A stretch of DNA of 64,000 nt, from contig JAHRHZ010000041.1 in the NCBI GenBank assembly GCA_024137785.1, forward strand, positions 22,833,518 to 22,897,517, read 5' to 3'. Shown piece by piece: positions 12,050 through 29,253 of this stretch (its first letter is position 1; each line of letters starts with the position of its first letter). The position numbers and the translations under genes are program-made. The notes below the pieces were generated by a model, which saw nothing but the letters and a program-made list of their open reading frames with translations, was not told the origin of the DNA and made no database searches. This stretch comes from Ginglymostoma cirratum. Lineage: Eukaryota.

Positions 12050-12525
12050 AGAAACAGAAAATTCTGGAAACGTTCAGCAGGACTGGCATCTTCTGTGACC
12101 AGCGAAACAAATTCTCGATTTCAAGGGTGAGGAAGCTTCTAACAATAATTTGGTACCAAGTTAATATATAAATAGAGAAATACAGGTTGATGAAGGAAAG
12201 TCAGCAGGAATTTCTTGAGAGAAAATTATGTTTAACTTTCTTTTTTCTATTTTGTTTTGATAATCGATCAGTATAAGGATTAAAAGGGGGTAATTCTGCT
12301 ATTGTGTGTTTGGCCTTTCAAAAGGCATTTGATATAGTGCTATAGGACAGGTACTTGAGCAAAGTTGTAGGTCATGAACTGCAACTGGCAGCAGCGGTTC
12401 TAAAGAAGGGTCGCTCAACCCAATGTTAACTTTCATTTCTCTCCATAGCTGCTGCCAGACCTGCTGAGCTTTTCCAGCAATTTCTGTTTTAGTTCCCGAT
12501 TTACAGCATCTGCTTTTAATTTTCA
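12050..12525. mobile_element. Older Penelope-like terminal-repeat fragments in inverted orientation
   Basis: AAACAGAAAATTCTGGAAACGTTCAGCAGG (12052) and CCTGCTGAGCTTTTCCAGCAATTTCTGTTTT (12460-12490). Confidence 0.55.
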
Positions 12526-12529
12526 TTTA

Positions 12530-13395
12530 AGCAGTAGTAAGATGGCAGAATGATAGGAATCAGACACTAATACATAATTAGTGTCTTCAGGTTGGAGGGA
12601 AACTTGTATTGGAATTTCCCCAAGGGTCAGCTTGGAAGCTCCATGGATGCCGATCAACTTGCTGATGCATAGTTTCAGCTTTTTTGAAAGACTGTGCAGC
12701 ATCAAAAAAAGTCATGGGAATGGCAGTTTGGAACCCTTAATTTTCCTGATTTATACTAATTGCTTAGATCTTGGTATATAGGGCACATTTCCCAAATTTG
12801 CAGATGATACAAAACTTGGAATGATGTAAACTGTGAGGAGATTGTTGAGAAATGGAAAAAAGCATATACATGAAATAGGTGAACAACTGGCAGTTAAAGC
12901 TCAATGCAGAGAAATGTGGTGATTAATTTTGCTAGGAAAGATATAGTGAGACAATGTGAATTAAAGGGTAAGAGAGAGTTTGGTGAAAAGGATGTGAAAG
13001 TATTGTAATGGTTCAGAAGAGATTCACAAGAACCGTTCAGGAATGAGGAACTTCACCTAAAATTGAAGAAGTCATGACTATGATCCCTGGGGACAAAAGG
13101 CTGAGGTGAGGTATGGTAAAGGTATTATAGATCATGAGGGGTCTGTACAGAGTAGATGGGGAGAAATTGTCTCCACTCGTGAAAGGGTGAAGAACAACAG
13201 GAGACAGATTTAAAGTAATTGGCAAAAGAAGAAAAAGCAATATGAGGAAAAGCTTTTCCATGCAGTGAGTGGATAGGGTCTGGAATACAGTGTCCAAAAG
13301 TGTGATGGAGACAAGTTCAATCAAGACTGAGTAGAGACCCGTTGCAAACTCAAGGGGCCAAATGATCTCTTTGTGCACTGTAACAATTATGTGAC
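12530..13395 (+). mobile_element. CR1 LINE reverse-transcriptase/3' fragment, decayed
   Basis: AAATTTGCAGATGATACAAAACTTGG (KFADDTKL motif), TCAATGCAGAGAAATGTG, 3' end features. Confidence 0.75.
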
Positions 13396-13573
13396 TCTAA
13401 AAATTAATGTACTAACTATTTGAAGAAGCTTTTGGTCAGCTCCTCTGAACTTTCTCTGTAGCTCAATGTCAAAAATATTTGTTGATGACTTGTTAAGCAA
13501 CCAGGGATGGTTTACTGTTGTGAAATTGCTAGTTAATACAGGTAGTTGTTCTGAAACAAATAGTGGAAGAATG

Positions 13574-13668
13574 AGAGATAAAAGGTACTGCAGATGCTGG
13601 AGAATCCGAGATAACAAGCTGTGGGGCTGGATGAACACAGCAGGTCAAGCAGCATCATAGGAGCAGAA
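13574..13668 (-). mobile_element. Penelope-like terminal-repeat fragment
   Basis: AGATAAAAGGTACTGCAGATGCTGGAGAATCCGAGATAACAAG...GGAGCAG, nearly identical to 58278-58370. Confidence 0.7.
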
Positions 13669-14806
13669 CAATATTCACTGGCGAAGATGGTAATAGCATG
13701 TATTCATCACAAGATATCCTGAGCTGGAGAAATGTATTGAGTAAGGTGCTGTAGGAATCAGTGCTGGACTATTATTAATTTGTTCAATAACGTGGATTCA
13801 GAAAGAGGAAATATTATTTATTAAAATGCACAGAAGTCACTCAACTGGGGCGAGTGGACAATTGAGGCATCCATTGAATGAAAGAAAGGGCTTAGATAAC
13901 ATTAGCAAGTAAGCAGAACAATCAAAGATGAAATTTAGGTGAGCTGTTGCCCCTTAGCTAAAAGAATGGGAGACATATTCAATAAACGATAATGAACTTG
14001 AGACGGTCGGAAAGAGATTGGAAGCAGTAGCCTATTTGACGACATGTATAGCTATTTGCAGAACAATAACAAATTTAGATAATGATGTTCAGCAATATTA
14101 TCAAATTAGTGGAATTTACATAAAGAGAAAAGATTAATAGTTGTATCTCAGGGATAAGTAAAGACAAGGGAGAACACCATTCCATTCTGTTTATTCTCAC
14201 ATTACAAAAATTGTAAGATGGATAAATGTAGACGCAAGGAGGTGAGGCCATCTAACTGTATATGTGTGTGAATGGAACATCAAAAATATACATCTGGGGC
14301 ATTAATTTTAGCTAAACCTTTGCACACAAGGGTACATGGGTGCAAAAGCAAAAGGCAAGATCAGGACTTAGTATCAGGAAACACTTTATCTCATGAAGAA
14401 TGATTTGCATCTGAGCTGGCGTTCAGGCTAGTGGTTGCAGAATAATACTCCAAAGTTAATCAAGACATCGTTTGATGTGATTTCAGCAGCTGTCGGTTTA
14501 TTTGAAAAGTTGACGTGTTTGGATAAAATAACTTCATGCTTCTGTACCAACTGTTCTGCTGAAACTACCATCTTTAATTTCATTGTAATTTTCTTCCTCC
14601 TCTTTTGGGAGAGAATGGATCCAGCCAAAGTCTGTGGATGCCAGAATTGCTTTGGTGTCTCACCAAAGAGCTGCTGTTGCTTAGATTGCATACAGTTATC
14701 TGTAAATGCAAGTTGTAGTCTGCGCTGTTAAATTAATACACGAGAAATTAAAATAAACCAAACCAACACTACCTAATTTATTTACTTATCAATCAAGCAG
14801 TAATAT

Positions 14807-14978
14807 GGATTGGCAATGCTAAATTGCCCATCGTGTTCAGGGATGTGTAAGGTTAAGTGGATTAGCCATGGGAAATGCATGGTTACGGGGATGAGTCTGG
14901 GTGGGATGCTGTTTGGAGGATTGGTGTGGACCTGTTGGGCCGAATGGCCTACTTCCACACTGTAGGGATTCTAAGATG
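14807..14978 (+). mobile_element. HE1 SINE 3' half
   Basis: GGATTGGCAATGCTAAATTGCCC...TTCCACACTGTAGGGATTCTA matches the full copies. Confidence 0.75.
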
Positions 14979-15168
14979 ACAATATGCTACTGTGTCATTG
15001 GACTGTCTTTTGAAGTAATCTATTAATTAGTATAAACAGAAAGCACATGATTGATTTGAAACTTGAACATAATCTGGTACTTTACAGATTAGAAAAGTCT
15101 TGAGGTTTGACATATGGTGGTTGGCCTTCCTAACTGCATTGTGGATATACCAACACTAAAAAACAGCA

Positions 15169-15351
15169 TAGAGATAACAAGGTGTGGAGCTGGATGAGCG
15201 GAGCAGGAAAGCTTGACGTTTCGGGCCTAGACCCTTCTGCCTGAAACATCAAGCTTTCCTGCTCCTATGATGCTGCTTGGCGTGCTGCGTTCATCCAGCT
15301 CCACACCTTGTTATCTTGGATTCTCCAGCATCTGCAGTACCTATTATCTCT
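15169..15351. mobile_element. Penelope-like fold-back insert with 15-bp target-site duplication
   Basis: Inverted arms centred near 15235; TSD CACTAAAAAACAGCA at 15154-15168 and 15352-15366. Confidence 0.8.
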
Positions 15352-15893
15352 CACTAAAAAACAGCAATTGGTTAAGAAGACAGCGCACCTTCTCAAGGAT
15401 GGTTATGGATGGAGAATAAATACTAATTTGGTCTGTGAAACCCACATCCCTGAATGAATTTTAAAAAGAAGGTCCAGAATGGATTAACCAAATCCAGGAG
15501 GAGCAGTGATAGGGGTGCCACACTACCCTAGGGTAGGGAAAGGAACAACAGTGAGGTTTCTATTGGTGTTCTCTTTATCTTTTTTTTTGATCAAACAGCT
15601 GGTGAACATTCACTTTCTGGGCCTACACCTGTAGAGTAGGTTCTTTTAGAGGTCAACATCTATTAACCCATATCCTGGAATGAAAAGAAAGCTGGAGAGA
15701 AAAACAAGGGAAAATAAATCTGTGTAATAACTAATTCCTTTACTGAAAGTGCTAATCACAAACACATTCCAGTGATTCATTTAGTTAAAAGCTCCGAGTC
15801 ACGTTTTAGACCAAATCAAAACTGTACAAAATCTGAAGTTTGTAACCTGCTTCGGAAGCTCAGTTTTTGTTTTCCTCTCCCAACAGTGAGTGA

Positions 15894-19709
<3,816 letters not shown>

Positions 19710-19953
19710 AGCATCCAAGGACCACAGGAGAATAAGTTGTTCTGTTTTGATGGCAGTTTTAGCATTCTGTTATGATATATTTCACACAAGATACAAAGGC
19801 AAATTAACTCAAAGCTTGTGTTCTGAAAAGTAGAGCAGATTTTTGAAAACCATTTAAAGAATTAATGTTATTCAGTGGCCTACATTTTCTACTAAAATGA
19901 TTATTTGGACTACAGTGAGCCAATGCTCGCATTTTTCCCCTGTTTCAATGGAT

Positions 19954-19959
19954 AATAAA
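19954..19959 (+). terminator. Candidate AAMDC polyadenylation signal
   Basis: AATAAA ~245 nt after the stop, followed by GU/U-rich sequence. Confidence 0.55.
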
Positions 19960-22135
19960 TGTTCTTTGTTACTTCCAACTAAAGTTTATGTTGAACTCCA
20001 TTATGTATCAGCTCTATCTTGGTTGTCACATGCATTGGCTTAATAATAGCTTCATAGCACTGAATGAGTATTATTTATCATTTATGTATGTAGCCCAGAA
20101 TCATGTGTACTGGATATTTATGTCTATGACTAGAACTGACTCTGGGCAATTAAGTTGATGATAAGACCTGAATAATTTTCCTGCAAACTGCTGATAATGT
20201 GAAAGTCAATGGATCCAACCACATTTTAACTGTCACCAGCGGTAAGCGCCAGCTGTAACTATGACAACTTCTTTGGCACAGCTGTACTTAAGGTTGTTAG
20301 AGTTTCAAGAAGACAAAACCCCTTGAACAATAACCGTAACAGAAATAGAACATCACCTAAAACTTCCCTTAAGAACCACATTTCACAGTCGCACTATACT
20401 TTATTGCAAGTATCTCACAGAATCATAGGATGGTTGTAGCTCTAAAGGAGATCATTTGGGCTGTTGAGTACATGCAGTCTTTTTGACTAGCTACAACAAT
20501 GCCTTCCCAAATATCACAGCTTGAAGGATTCTGAGGTTCATGCAACATTGTACCTTGTACAATGTCAGTGCGCTTTAAGCCCACATCTGTTAGTTTAACA
20601 TTTCCACAATAAAGCTTGCTGCAAAAATCATTGGAACAGGACATCGCACATGAACTACTGGGTGATCTTTATCATAAATACTCGTTTAAATTAATTTCTC
20701 AATTACAAAAATACATGTGTGGTGTTGCATTTAAAAATTATAGGGAACTTTAATAGTCTAATTAATAGTAATAGACCAAAGCTGGAAAAAGCCTCTAAAG
20801 AATCCATTAGTGTAGGACAAATCAGTGCATTCTAAAAATGTTTGATGACCTATAACTTGAAGAGACTAACATAAAGGGAATATTCAAATAAATTTTAGCT
20901 TCAAGTTGCTTTGTCATTGACTGACCAAGCCTGGCGCAGTTGAGGTAACACCATGACCTAAATCATTTTCTGACCAGCCACTTGTAATTTAGAAAGCAAT
21001 GAATCAACTACAGTTTAAGTGTTCCCATCAGTAGCACCAGCTGTAGCCATGACAACTTACTTGCTACAACTGCCCATAAGGATTCTGTAACATCAGGAAC
21101 GCAGAAAACCTTCACACAGCTGCTGAATATAATATTCCAGCCGGGAAATATCATTCTGGTTTTACTGGGTGTGATTTGTAAATTTGCTGCCATTTAAAAA
21201 AAAAACACAAAGTTGAGAAACCTTCTCCTTCTCCAAATGAGTAAAAATTGAAACGTTTCCTGTGGGTTGTAGGCGGGACACTTGCGAGTCTGACTGCCAT
21301 GATTCAATTGCTCTTGAACAAATGCTTTTTATTTTGCAAATAGGGCAACACCAATCTAGCTGAAGGTGACCCTGGGTTAGTAAACCAGAAATACCTTTCA
21401 AAATTTGAAAGCTTCAATCAGCTAACTACAATACTATGAACAAAGGTTTAGGAACAGGATTAGTCCATCAAACCTGCTGTGCTATTCAACAGAATCATGT
21501 CTGATCTACAGTTTAAACTTTATTTTCTTGCCTGCAACCCATATCCTTTGTTCCCCTCACCAAAATGACTATCTCAGCCTTAAATATCTTAGTAGTGGAG
21601 CCCTTGAGGCCGAACATTTCAAAGATTCATAACCGTCTGAAGATATGTCTCCTCAGCTCAGAACTCAAGAGTTATCTTAAGTTATCCTATCCTCCCTGTC
21701 CTGAGATGCATCAACCAGCTAATGGAAGCAATCTCTTGGTGGCTACCCTGTCAAACCTTTTCAAAACTTGCATGGTTTAATGCAATTGCCTTAATGCATT
21801 GCCAGAAAGTAAAATAATCTAAATGCCCTAGAATGTGCCCTTATCGTGGACCAGAGCTTGAATAAGATTCTTTCAAATCAAGTATTCTGGTTTGCACGGT
21901 GAAGATTTACTAAAACAATATATAAATTGCCACACAGGTTAGAAATAAAAATACCTCTTTGCAATCTATCACCATGGCAATGTCGCACTCCTTCCCTTTA
22001 TTACAGGGAACCACACAGATTAAAAGTTATGGACACTTTGTTTCCACAACCCAGAAAGAGGCCACCCACTTTTTACTGTTGTCTTGCCCCCAACCTAAAT
22101 AAGAACCTTTCAATTTCAGCTACTTTAATTCTGAA

Positions 22136-22483
22136 GGGTGGCACGGTGACTCAGTGGTTAGTAGGGCTGTCTCTCAGTGCCAGGGACCTGGGTTCAGTTC
22201 CAGCCTCAGGCAACTGTCTGTGTGGAGTTTGCACATTCTCCCCGTGTTTGCGTGGGTTTCCTCCAGGTGCTCCAGTTTCTTCCCACAGCTGAAAGATGTG
22301 CAGGTTAGGTGGATTGGCCATGCTAAATTGCCCATTGTGTCGATAGGCAGGCTGGGTGGATTGACGATGGAAAATGCAGGGTTACACAGATAGGGTGGGT
22401 CTAGGTGAGATGCTGTTCAGAGGGAGAGTGTGTACACAATGGGTGATTGGCCTGCTTTCACACTGTCAGGATTCTATTCTATG
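22136..22483 (+). mobile_element. HE1 SINE (V-SINE), full length
   Basis: tRNA-like A/B boxes (GGTGACTCAGTGG, GGGTTCAGTTCC), V-domain GTGTGGAGTTTGCACATTCTCCCCGTG, CR1-type tail ending ATTCTAT. Confidence 0.9.
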
Positions 22484-22599
22484 AGTACCATGACCCATAA
22501 GCATAATTTTAAAATATCAATCTAAAAGTTACTCATTTAAAAAATTAAGTATGTATTTTGATATTTCCACAATACTCTGCAAAATTTGACCTTTGTAGT

Positions 22600-22985
22600 A
22601 GCTTGGCCCAGATGGTGGTGCTCTTGCCTCTGAATCAGAATTTTAAGACATTCATTCCCATTATGGATTTGCACAAATAGTGTAGTAGCTCAACTCACCA
22701 TTGAAGGAGTTTGCCATAAGCTGTTTTCTTTCTGATTTATGTCAATGTAAAAGATTACACCAGCAGAAATTTCTATCTGTGACTTAACAAATATTCTTCT
22801 CTCTTGCAACAATTTGCTGCAAATAAATTTCCTGGTTGTTTATTTGTTGCTGGTTACAAGCCCCTTGCTGTGTACAATTTGTCTGCCATGTTTGCCTACC
22901 TAACAGTTGTAATTGTATTTATACACATTTTGTGTGGTAAACTGCAATGGGATGCCTTTAGGATCTGATAAGCACTTTTTGTTTG
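22600..22985 (+). mobile_element. Decayed Deu-domain SINE
   Basis: CTTGGCCCAG..CTCTTGCCTCTGAATCAGAA head; GTAAAAGAT; CTTGCTGTGTACAATTTGTCTGCCATGTTTGCCTAC 3' region. Confidence 0.5.
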
Positions 22986-24205
22986 AGGTTCTTCTTAAAA
23001 CCAGGATAATCTCTTTCCCAAACCCAAACAGAGAAAACCGATCTGAAAACTATGAAGTAGGCAAATCAAATGCAAGATTCTGTTTTTTTTCTTAGCCATT
23101 AGTATGAAGCAGTACAGTGCAGGAAGAACATCTCCCACTTGGACTTAACTTCTGTGAATGAATGTATAAATGTCACGCAGGAGCATAACTGTAAATTGCC
23201 ATTAAGAAAACACAAATAAATTTTAAAATTCATAAAAGCTTACTGATGATGAAAGACATTTGGCCCATCTTAAGTTCTTTCAATAAAGAATGAGGCCAAC
23301 AGCTCATTGATTCCATTTTAGCTCTCTGATAGACCTGTTAAATTCTGACCACTTCCTTGCACTTTCCTCATCACCAAATCATTTTCTCCCCTTGAGGTAT
23401 TAATCAATCCTTTTTGAAGTTCAGAACTGAATCTCGCCCCACAATGCTTGCAGGTTGGCATTGTTACAAAAATGTGAAAAAAGTGTTAAAATGTTCACCT
23501 ATCTCTGTCTCTTTTATTAACTGTCACCTTGTACCAATCCACCTGCCATTGGAAACACTTTCTCCCTATTCATAAGCAGAGTTTTTCTTGATTTTGAACA
23601 TCTCTATTTAGTCTCCTCAATCGTTGGTTCAGGGGAACAATCCCAGCTTCTCTAGTCTCTTCATGTAACTGAGGATCCTGATTCCTGGTCCAATTCTATA
23701 AAATTTCCACTTCACCTTTTCAAGGCATTGACATTCTGCGTAAATTATGGTGCTGCAAATTGGGCATAGTGCTACAACTAAGGCCTAATGAGTTATTTAA
23801 AGGCATTTATCAATTTTTTACCCTTATTGAATAAATAAAATACCTGTATACTTTAACAGCTATATTTTCTTTGCTACTGTCAAAGATTTCACTCTATAAA
23901 CCTACATTTATGTCTAATCTTGCAATCCCTTTAAAATTATACTATTTTGTTCATATTTTCACTCCTCATACTTCCCTCCAAAATTCAGCATTTTCACGTC
24001 TCCATGCTAAATTTTGTTTGCCATATCCTCTCATTTTACCAATCTGAACATATCTTGAAGGTCCATCAGTCACTCTAAACTCATGCTGTTACTTCACGAA
24101 ATAACTCAATCAAATTTATCAAGCACACTTTTAATAAATCCATGCTCTCATTGATTAAACTATATTATTCAAAAAGAGCAGTTATTTTGTTCCAATTATT
24201 GTCTC

Positions 24206-25512
24206 CATAGACTCGTGGAGATGTACAGCATGGAAACAGACCCTTCGGTCCGACTCATCCATGCCGACCAAATATCCTAAATCAATCTAGTCACATTTGC
24301 CAGCATTTGGCCCACATCCTTCTAAATTCTTCCTATTCATACATCCATCCAGATGTCTTTTAAATGTGGTAATTGTTCCAGCCTCTACCACTTCCTCTGG
24401 CAGCTCATTCCATACATGCGCCACCCTCTGTGTGAAAAAGTTGCCTGTAAGGTTGTTTTAAAATCTTTCCCCTCTCACCTTGAACGTGTGCTTTCTAGTT
24501 TTGGACTGTCTTACCCTGAGCAAAAGACCTTGACTATTTACTCAATACATGCCCCTCATGATTTTACAGACTTCTGTAAAGCTCATACCTCAACCTCCGA
24601 TGCTCCAGAGAAAATAGCCCCGTACTTTTCAGTCTCTCCCTATAGCTCAAACCCTCCAACCCTGGCAACATCCTTGCATGTCTTTTCTGAAATCTTTAAC
24701 AACATCTTTCCCATAGCTGGGAGAAAAGAATTGAATGCAGTGTTCCAAAAGCAGTCTAACCAATCTCCGGTATAGTCATGACCTCTGAACTCCTCTACTC
24801 AATGAACTGACCAAGAAAGGCAAGCATATCAAATGACTTCTTCATCACCCTCTCTACCTATGAGTCCCTTTTCAAGGAAATATGCACTTGCATCTCAAGG
24901 TCTCTTTGTTTGGCAACACTCCACAGGACCTTACTGTTAAGTCTGTAAGTCCTGCCCTGATTTGCCTTACCAAAATGCAGTACCTCAAATTTAACTAAAT
25001 TAAAATTCATCTGCTGCTTCTCGGTCCATTGGCCAATCTGATCAAGGTTCTATTGTACTCTATGGTAACCTTCTTCACTGTCCACTACACCATCAATTTT
25101 GGTGTCATCTGCAAACTTTCTATCTATACCTCCCATGTTCACATCCATATCTTTTGTATAGATGACAAACAACAGGGAAGCCAGCATCGATCCTTGCCGC
25201 ACACCACTGATCACAAGCCTCCAGTCTGAAAAGCAACTCTCCACCACCATCCTATGTCTCCTACCATTGAGCCAATTTTGTATCCAAATAGCTAGTTCTC
25301 CATCTATTCCATGTGATCTAACCTTGCTAACCATTCTACCATGTGGACACTTGTCAAATGTCTTACTGTCCATATTGACAATGTCTTCTACTCTGCCTTC
25401 ATCAATCTTCTTCGTCACTTCTTCAATAAACTCAATCAAGTTAGTGAGACACGATTTTCCACGCAAAAATCCATGTTGACTATCCCTAATCAGTCTTTGC
25501 CTCCCCAAATGT
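24206..25512 (-). mobile_element. CR1 (HER1-like) LINE, 5'-truncated, RT pseudogene
   Basis: ORF 25050-25523: SQHGFLRGKSCLTNLIEF..SGVRQGSML..KFADDTKI; CR1 3' end at 24206. Confidence 0.92.
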
Positions 25513-27831
25513 GTTCCCTTCACTGGTATTGTGCTGACTGGTCTATAATAAATTTATCTCTTGCCTCTTTTTGAACTTTGATCCAACCCAAAGCAACTGC
25601 TCTTTGCAGCATCAAATAATTTCCATCATCAATCTTGGGTTTTGCTTTCCATACTGAGTGGAGGTTTGGATTTGTTCATTGTACCACAATGCATTGAAAG
25701 ATAGTGGTGTGGATTAACCCTTTAACATATAATTTATTACCCTGCATTCCTCTAAAATTTTAAAAGAAGTGTCTCCAGAATTTAGATTCCTGACACTACC
25801 TTTTGCCACTTCTCTGTATTACTTTCCATGCCGAAGACTTTCCTCAATTTCTGTCCAATCCTCTGTGACATTTTATACTTGCTGAAAACTATTTGACATG
25901 TTAAAAATATATTGTCATTACACAAAAGAAAGGTACTTAGGCAATGTATCCTTTCCTTTTCAATGCTTCTCTGTCCCCTTGAATGCACTTTGTCATGTTG
26001 AGGTACAGTTCCAGTGGTTTCATCTGTCCTCAGGTGACTGTTTTTCATGTAGAAAATTGGAAAATGAGTGTTGGGAAGATATTCAACAGTGAAGAGGACT
26101 AACATAGCACAGCCCAATTTTCTCCACACATCATTCACATGTGTACTTTCCCAAGTCCAGCTTAACTAATTGAACAACAATCAGGAATGAGCGCCTTGCT
26201 AATATTTCCCTGGATACAGAAGCCTGTTATAATACCCTCATAGTCATTAGCTGAAATCAGCGATCTGAGTACAGTCCAAGAATTAAATAGTCATAGTTAT
26301 CCATGGAGAAAACTATAATTCTTTATGCATCAGTCTCACATCTTTACACTTGCACATCAATGAATGTTTTGCTCCGGTGGGAAAGCCTTAAAAATACAGA
26401 ATTGCAAGATAAATGATGTTCATTATTTTATTGGAGAATATTACAACATTCAAACCAGGAAATACTGTGGTAAATTATAAAAATATACATTTGCCCTTGA
26501 ATGAAAAACTATTTACATGAATATGTGCTGTGTTATCCAGGATACAGTGTCATTTCTCTTATATCATACTATGTATTGAAATGTGAGCATGCATTGTGCA
26601 TGACAGTTTAAAGATAATCCTTCATAGACTTTTTAAAAAAATCTTACTGAAGTATTTAGAGCAAAAGAAATTTCACACAAGTAATCAAAAAGACAACAAA
26701 GTACCACAGAGTGCAATAGTTACTGAGTTTTCTTTATCCCTTTGAGTGTTTCTCAATGATTTCATTTCAATCAGGCAATTAAATCTCCATTTATTCTATT
26801 TTAGAGTTTCCCTTTCTAACATAAGACTATTATTCCGGACTGACTTTCGGTTTTCTGCAGCAAGAAATATTTTTTCGTACCTTGGACAAACAAAACCTTT
26901 ATATATAGTACCTACTGAGTGTTAAATACAAGAAGTTTACTTTAAATGAAATGCTTCCCACTAGAGTCAGATGCAAATTACTATTACAGTGCTTAGTTAA
27001 CATGTAGTTTGAAATACTGTCAAAAAGAACAACAGAAAAGCATACACCCCTGAACAAATACTGGCATTTTATTTACCACAAAGTGTTTGTTCAATGTAAT
27101 ATACTCTTTTTGTATCATTTGTTTCTAACTACAACAGCTTGCAATTAATTAGAGTACTGGATGCCTTGAGGAAAGCTGGCATCAATTACCCTAGTATCTT
27201 TACTACAATTTTATGTTAGAATTTTATTTAATCACATTAGTGAGTCTCTAGGTGTTGTAGTTACAAGCTTTGGACTATCTAGTTGGTTGCTGATCGTACA
27301 TGCATTTCATTATCTTCCCTCAGTATGTAAATTTGTCAATGTAAAGCTGTCAAAGACAGCTGGTGAGAGGAAATGGCAGTTAAGGAATCTGGCAGTACAA
27401 TGTTTGTGAACAAAAAAAAGAACAAAACATAAAATAAACAAAGTAAACTTGCCCTACATTTTAAAATTGGGCATCATTGTTCCTCAAATGATTTTTGATG
27501 TGGTATAAACATAGGACTGTAACCTTCAAATGTTTTAATCTTCGTGCATGCAATGAGAAAGGAAAAAAAATATATATTCAGAGCAGACCTATCAACAACT
27601 AAAACAAAAACACCTAGGTTTGTATGTTGGGTGAAGATGCTTTGTCAGTCTGGTTCTACTCTTATCTGGTACCATTTAGCCCGCTATGCATTACGTACCT
27701 TTCTCCTTTGATTTCAAATTTCCAGTATTCACAGTCATTACTTTTTTTTATCTCTTACGTTTACTTCCTAAACTTTTCTACTATTCCATTTTGTACACAT
27801 CAAATTTAAAAGTAAACATGCCAACGTGGCA

Positions 27832-29253
27832 AAGAGGTGCCAGAAGACTGGAAGTTGACTAATGTGGTGCCATGATTTAAGAAAGGTGGTAAGGAAAAGC
27901 CAGGGAATTATAGATCGGTGAGCCTTATGTCAGTGGTTGATGAGTTGTTGGAGGGGATTCTGAAGGATAGGACTTAGATGCATTTGGAAAGTCAAGGGTT
28001 GATTGGGGATAGTCAACATGACTTTGTGTGTGGGAAATCATGTCTCACTAACTTGATCAAGTTTTTTGAACAGGTGACAAAGAAGATTGATGAAGGCAGA
28101 GCAGTAGACGTTGTCTAGATGAATTCAGCAAAGCGTTCAACAAGGTTCCACATGGTAGACTGGTTAGTAAGGTTAGATCACACAGGATCCGGGGGAGTTA
28201 GCTAATTTGAATCAAAATTTAACGTAGGAGTCAGAAGGTGGTAGAGGGTTGTTTTTCGGACTGGAAGCTTATGACCAGTGATGCCCCACAAGGATCAGTG
28301 CTGGGACCACTGTTTTTTGTCATTTATATAAATGATTTGGATGAGAATATAAGAGTATAGTTAGTAAGTTTGCAGATGACACCAAAATACTGGTGTAGTA
28401 GACAGTGAAGAAGATTATCTCTGAGTATAACAGGACCTTGATCAGATGAGCTAATGGGCTGAGGAGTGGCAGATGGAGTTTAATTTACATAAATGTGAGG
28501 TGTTGCATTTTGGTAATGCAGAACTTATACAGTTAATGGTAGGGGCCCTGGGGACTGTTGCCGAACGAAGATAACTAGGGATGCAGGTGCATAGTTCCTT
28601 GAAAATGGAGTCTCAGGTAGACAAGGCGGTGAAGAAGGCTTTGGCACGCATGCCTTCATCAGTCAGAACATTGAGTATGGTGGTTGGAATGTCATATTGC
28701 GGCTGCACAGGACATCGGTGAGGCCACTTTTAGAATACTGTATACAATTCTGGTCACCTTTCTATGGGAAGGATGTTGTTAAACTTGAAAGCATGCAGAA
28801 AAGATTTACATGGATGTTTCTGGGACTGGAGGGTTTGAGTTATAGGGAGAAGCTGAATAGTCTGGGGCTATTTTACCCTGGAGCAATGGAGTCTGAAGGG
28901 TGACCTTATAGAAGATTATAAAATCATGAGGGGCATGAATAGCCAAGGTCTTTTTCCTAGGGTGGAAAAATCAAAAATTAGAGGGCATAGGTTTAAGGTG
29001 AGAGGGGAAGATTTAAAAAGGACCTGAAGGGTACAGCGTGGTGAATGTATGGGATGAGCTGCTAGAAGAAGTGGCAGATACGGATACAATTACAATATTT
29101 AAAAGGCATCTGGATGCGTATATGAATAGGAAGGGTTTAGAGGGACATGGGCCAAATGCTGGCAATTGGCACTAGGTCAGATTGGGAGATCTGGTCAGTG
29201 TAGACAAGTTGGACAGAAGTGTTTGTTTCCTGCTGGATGACTCAAGAATCTAT
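27832..29253 (+). mobile_element. CR1 (HER1-like) LINE, 5'-truncated, RT pseudogene
   Basis: PEDW..ANV, KPGNYR.VSL, KSCLTNL, PQGSVLGP, KFADDTK, RPLLEYCIQFWSP, with stops and frameshifts. Confidence 0.92.

Noticed and set aside
24206-29253. Large inverted repeat formed by two CR1 copies
   Set aside because: Explained by two independent 5'-truncated insertions of an abundant family, not a single element
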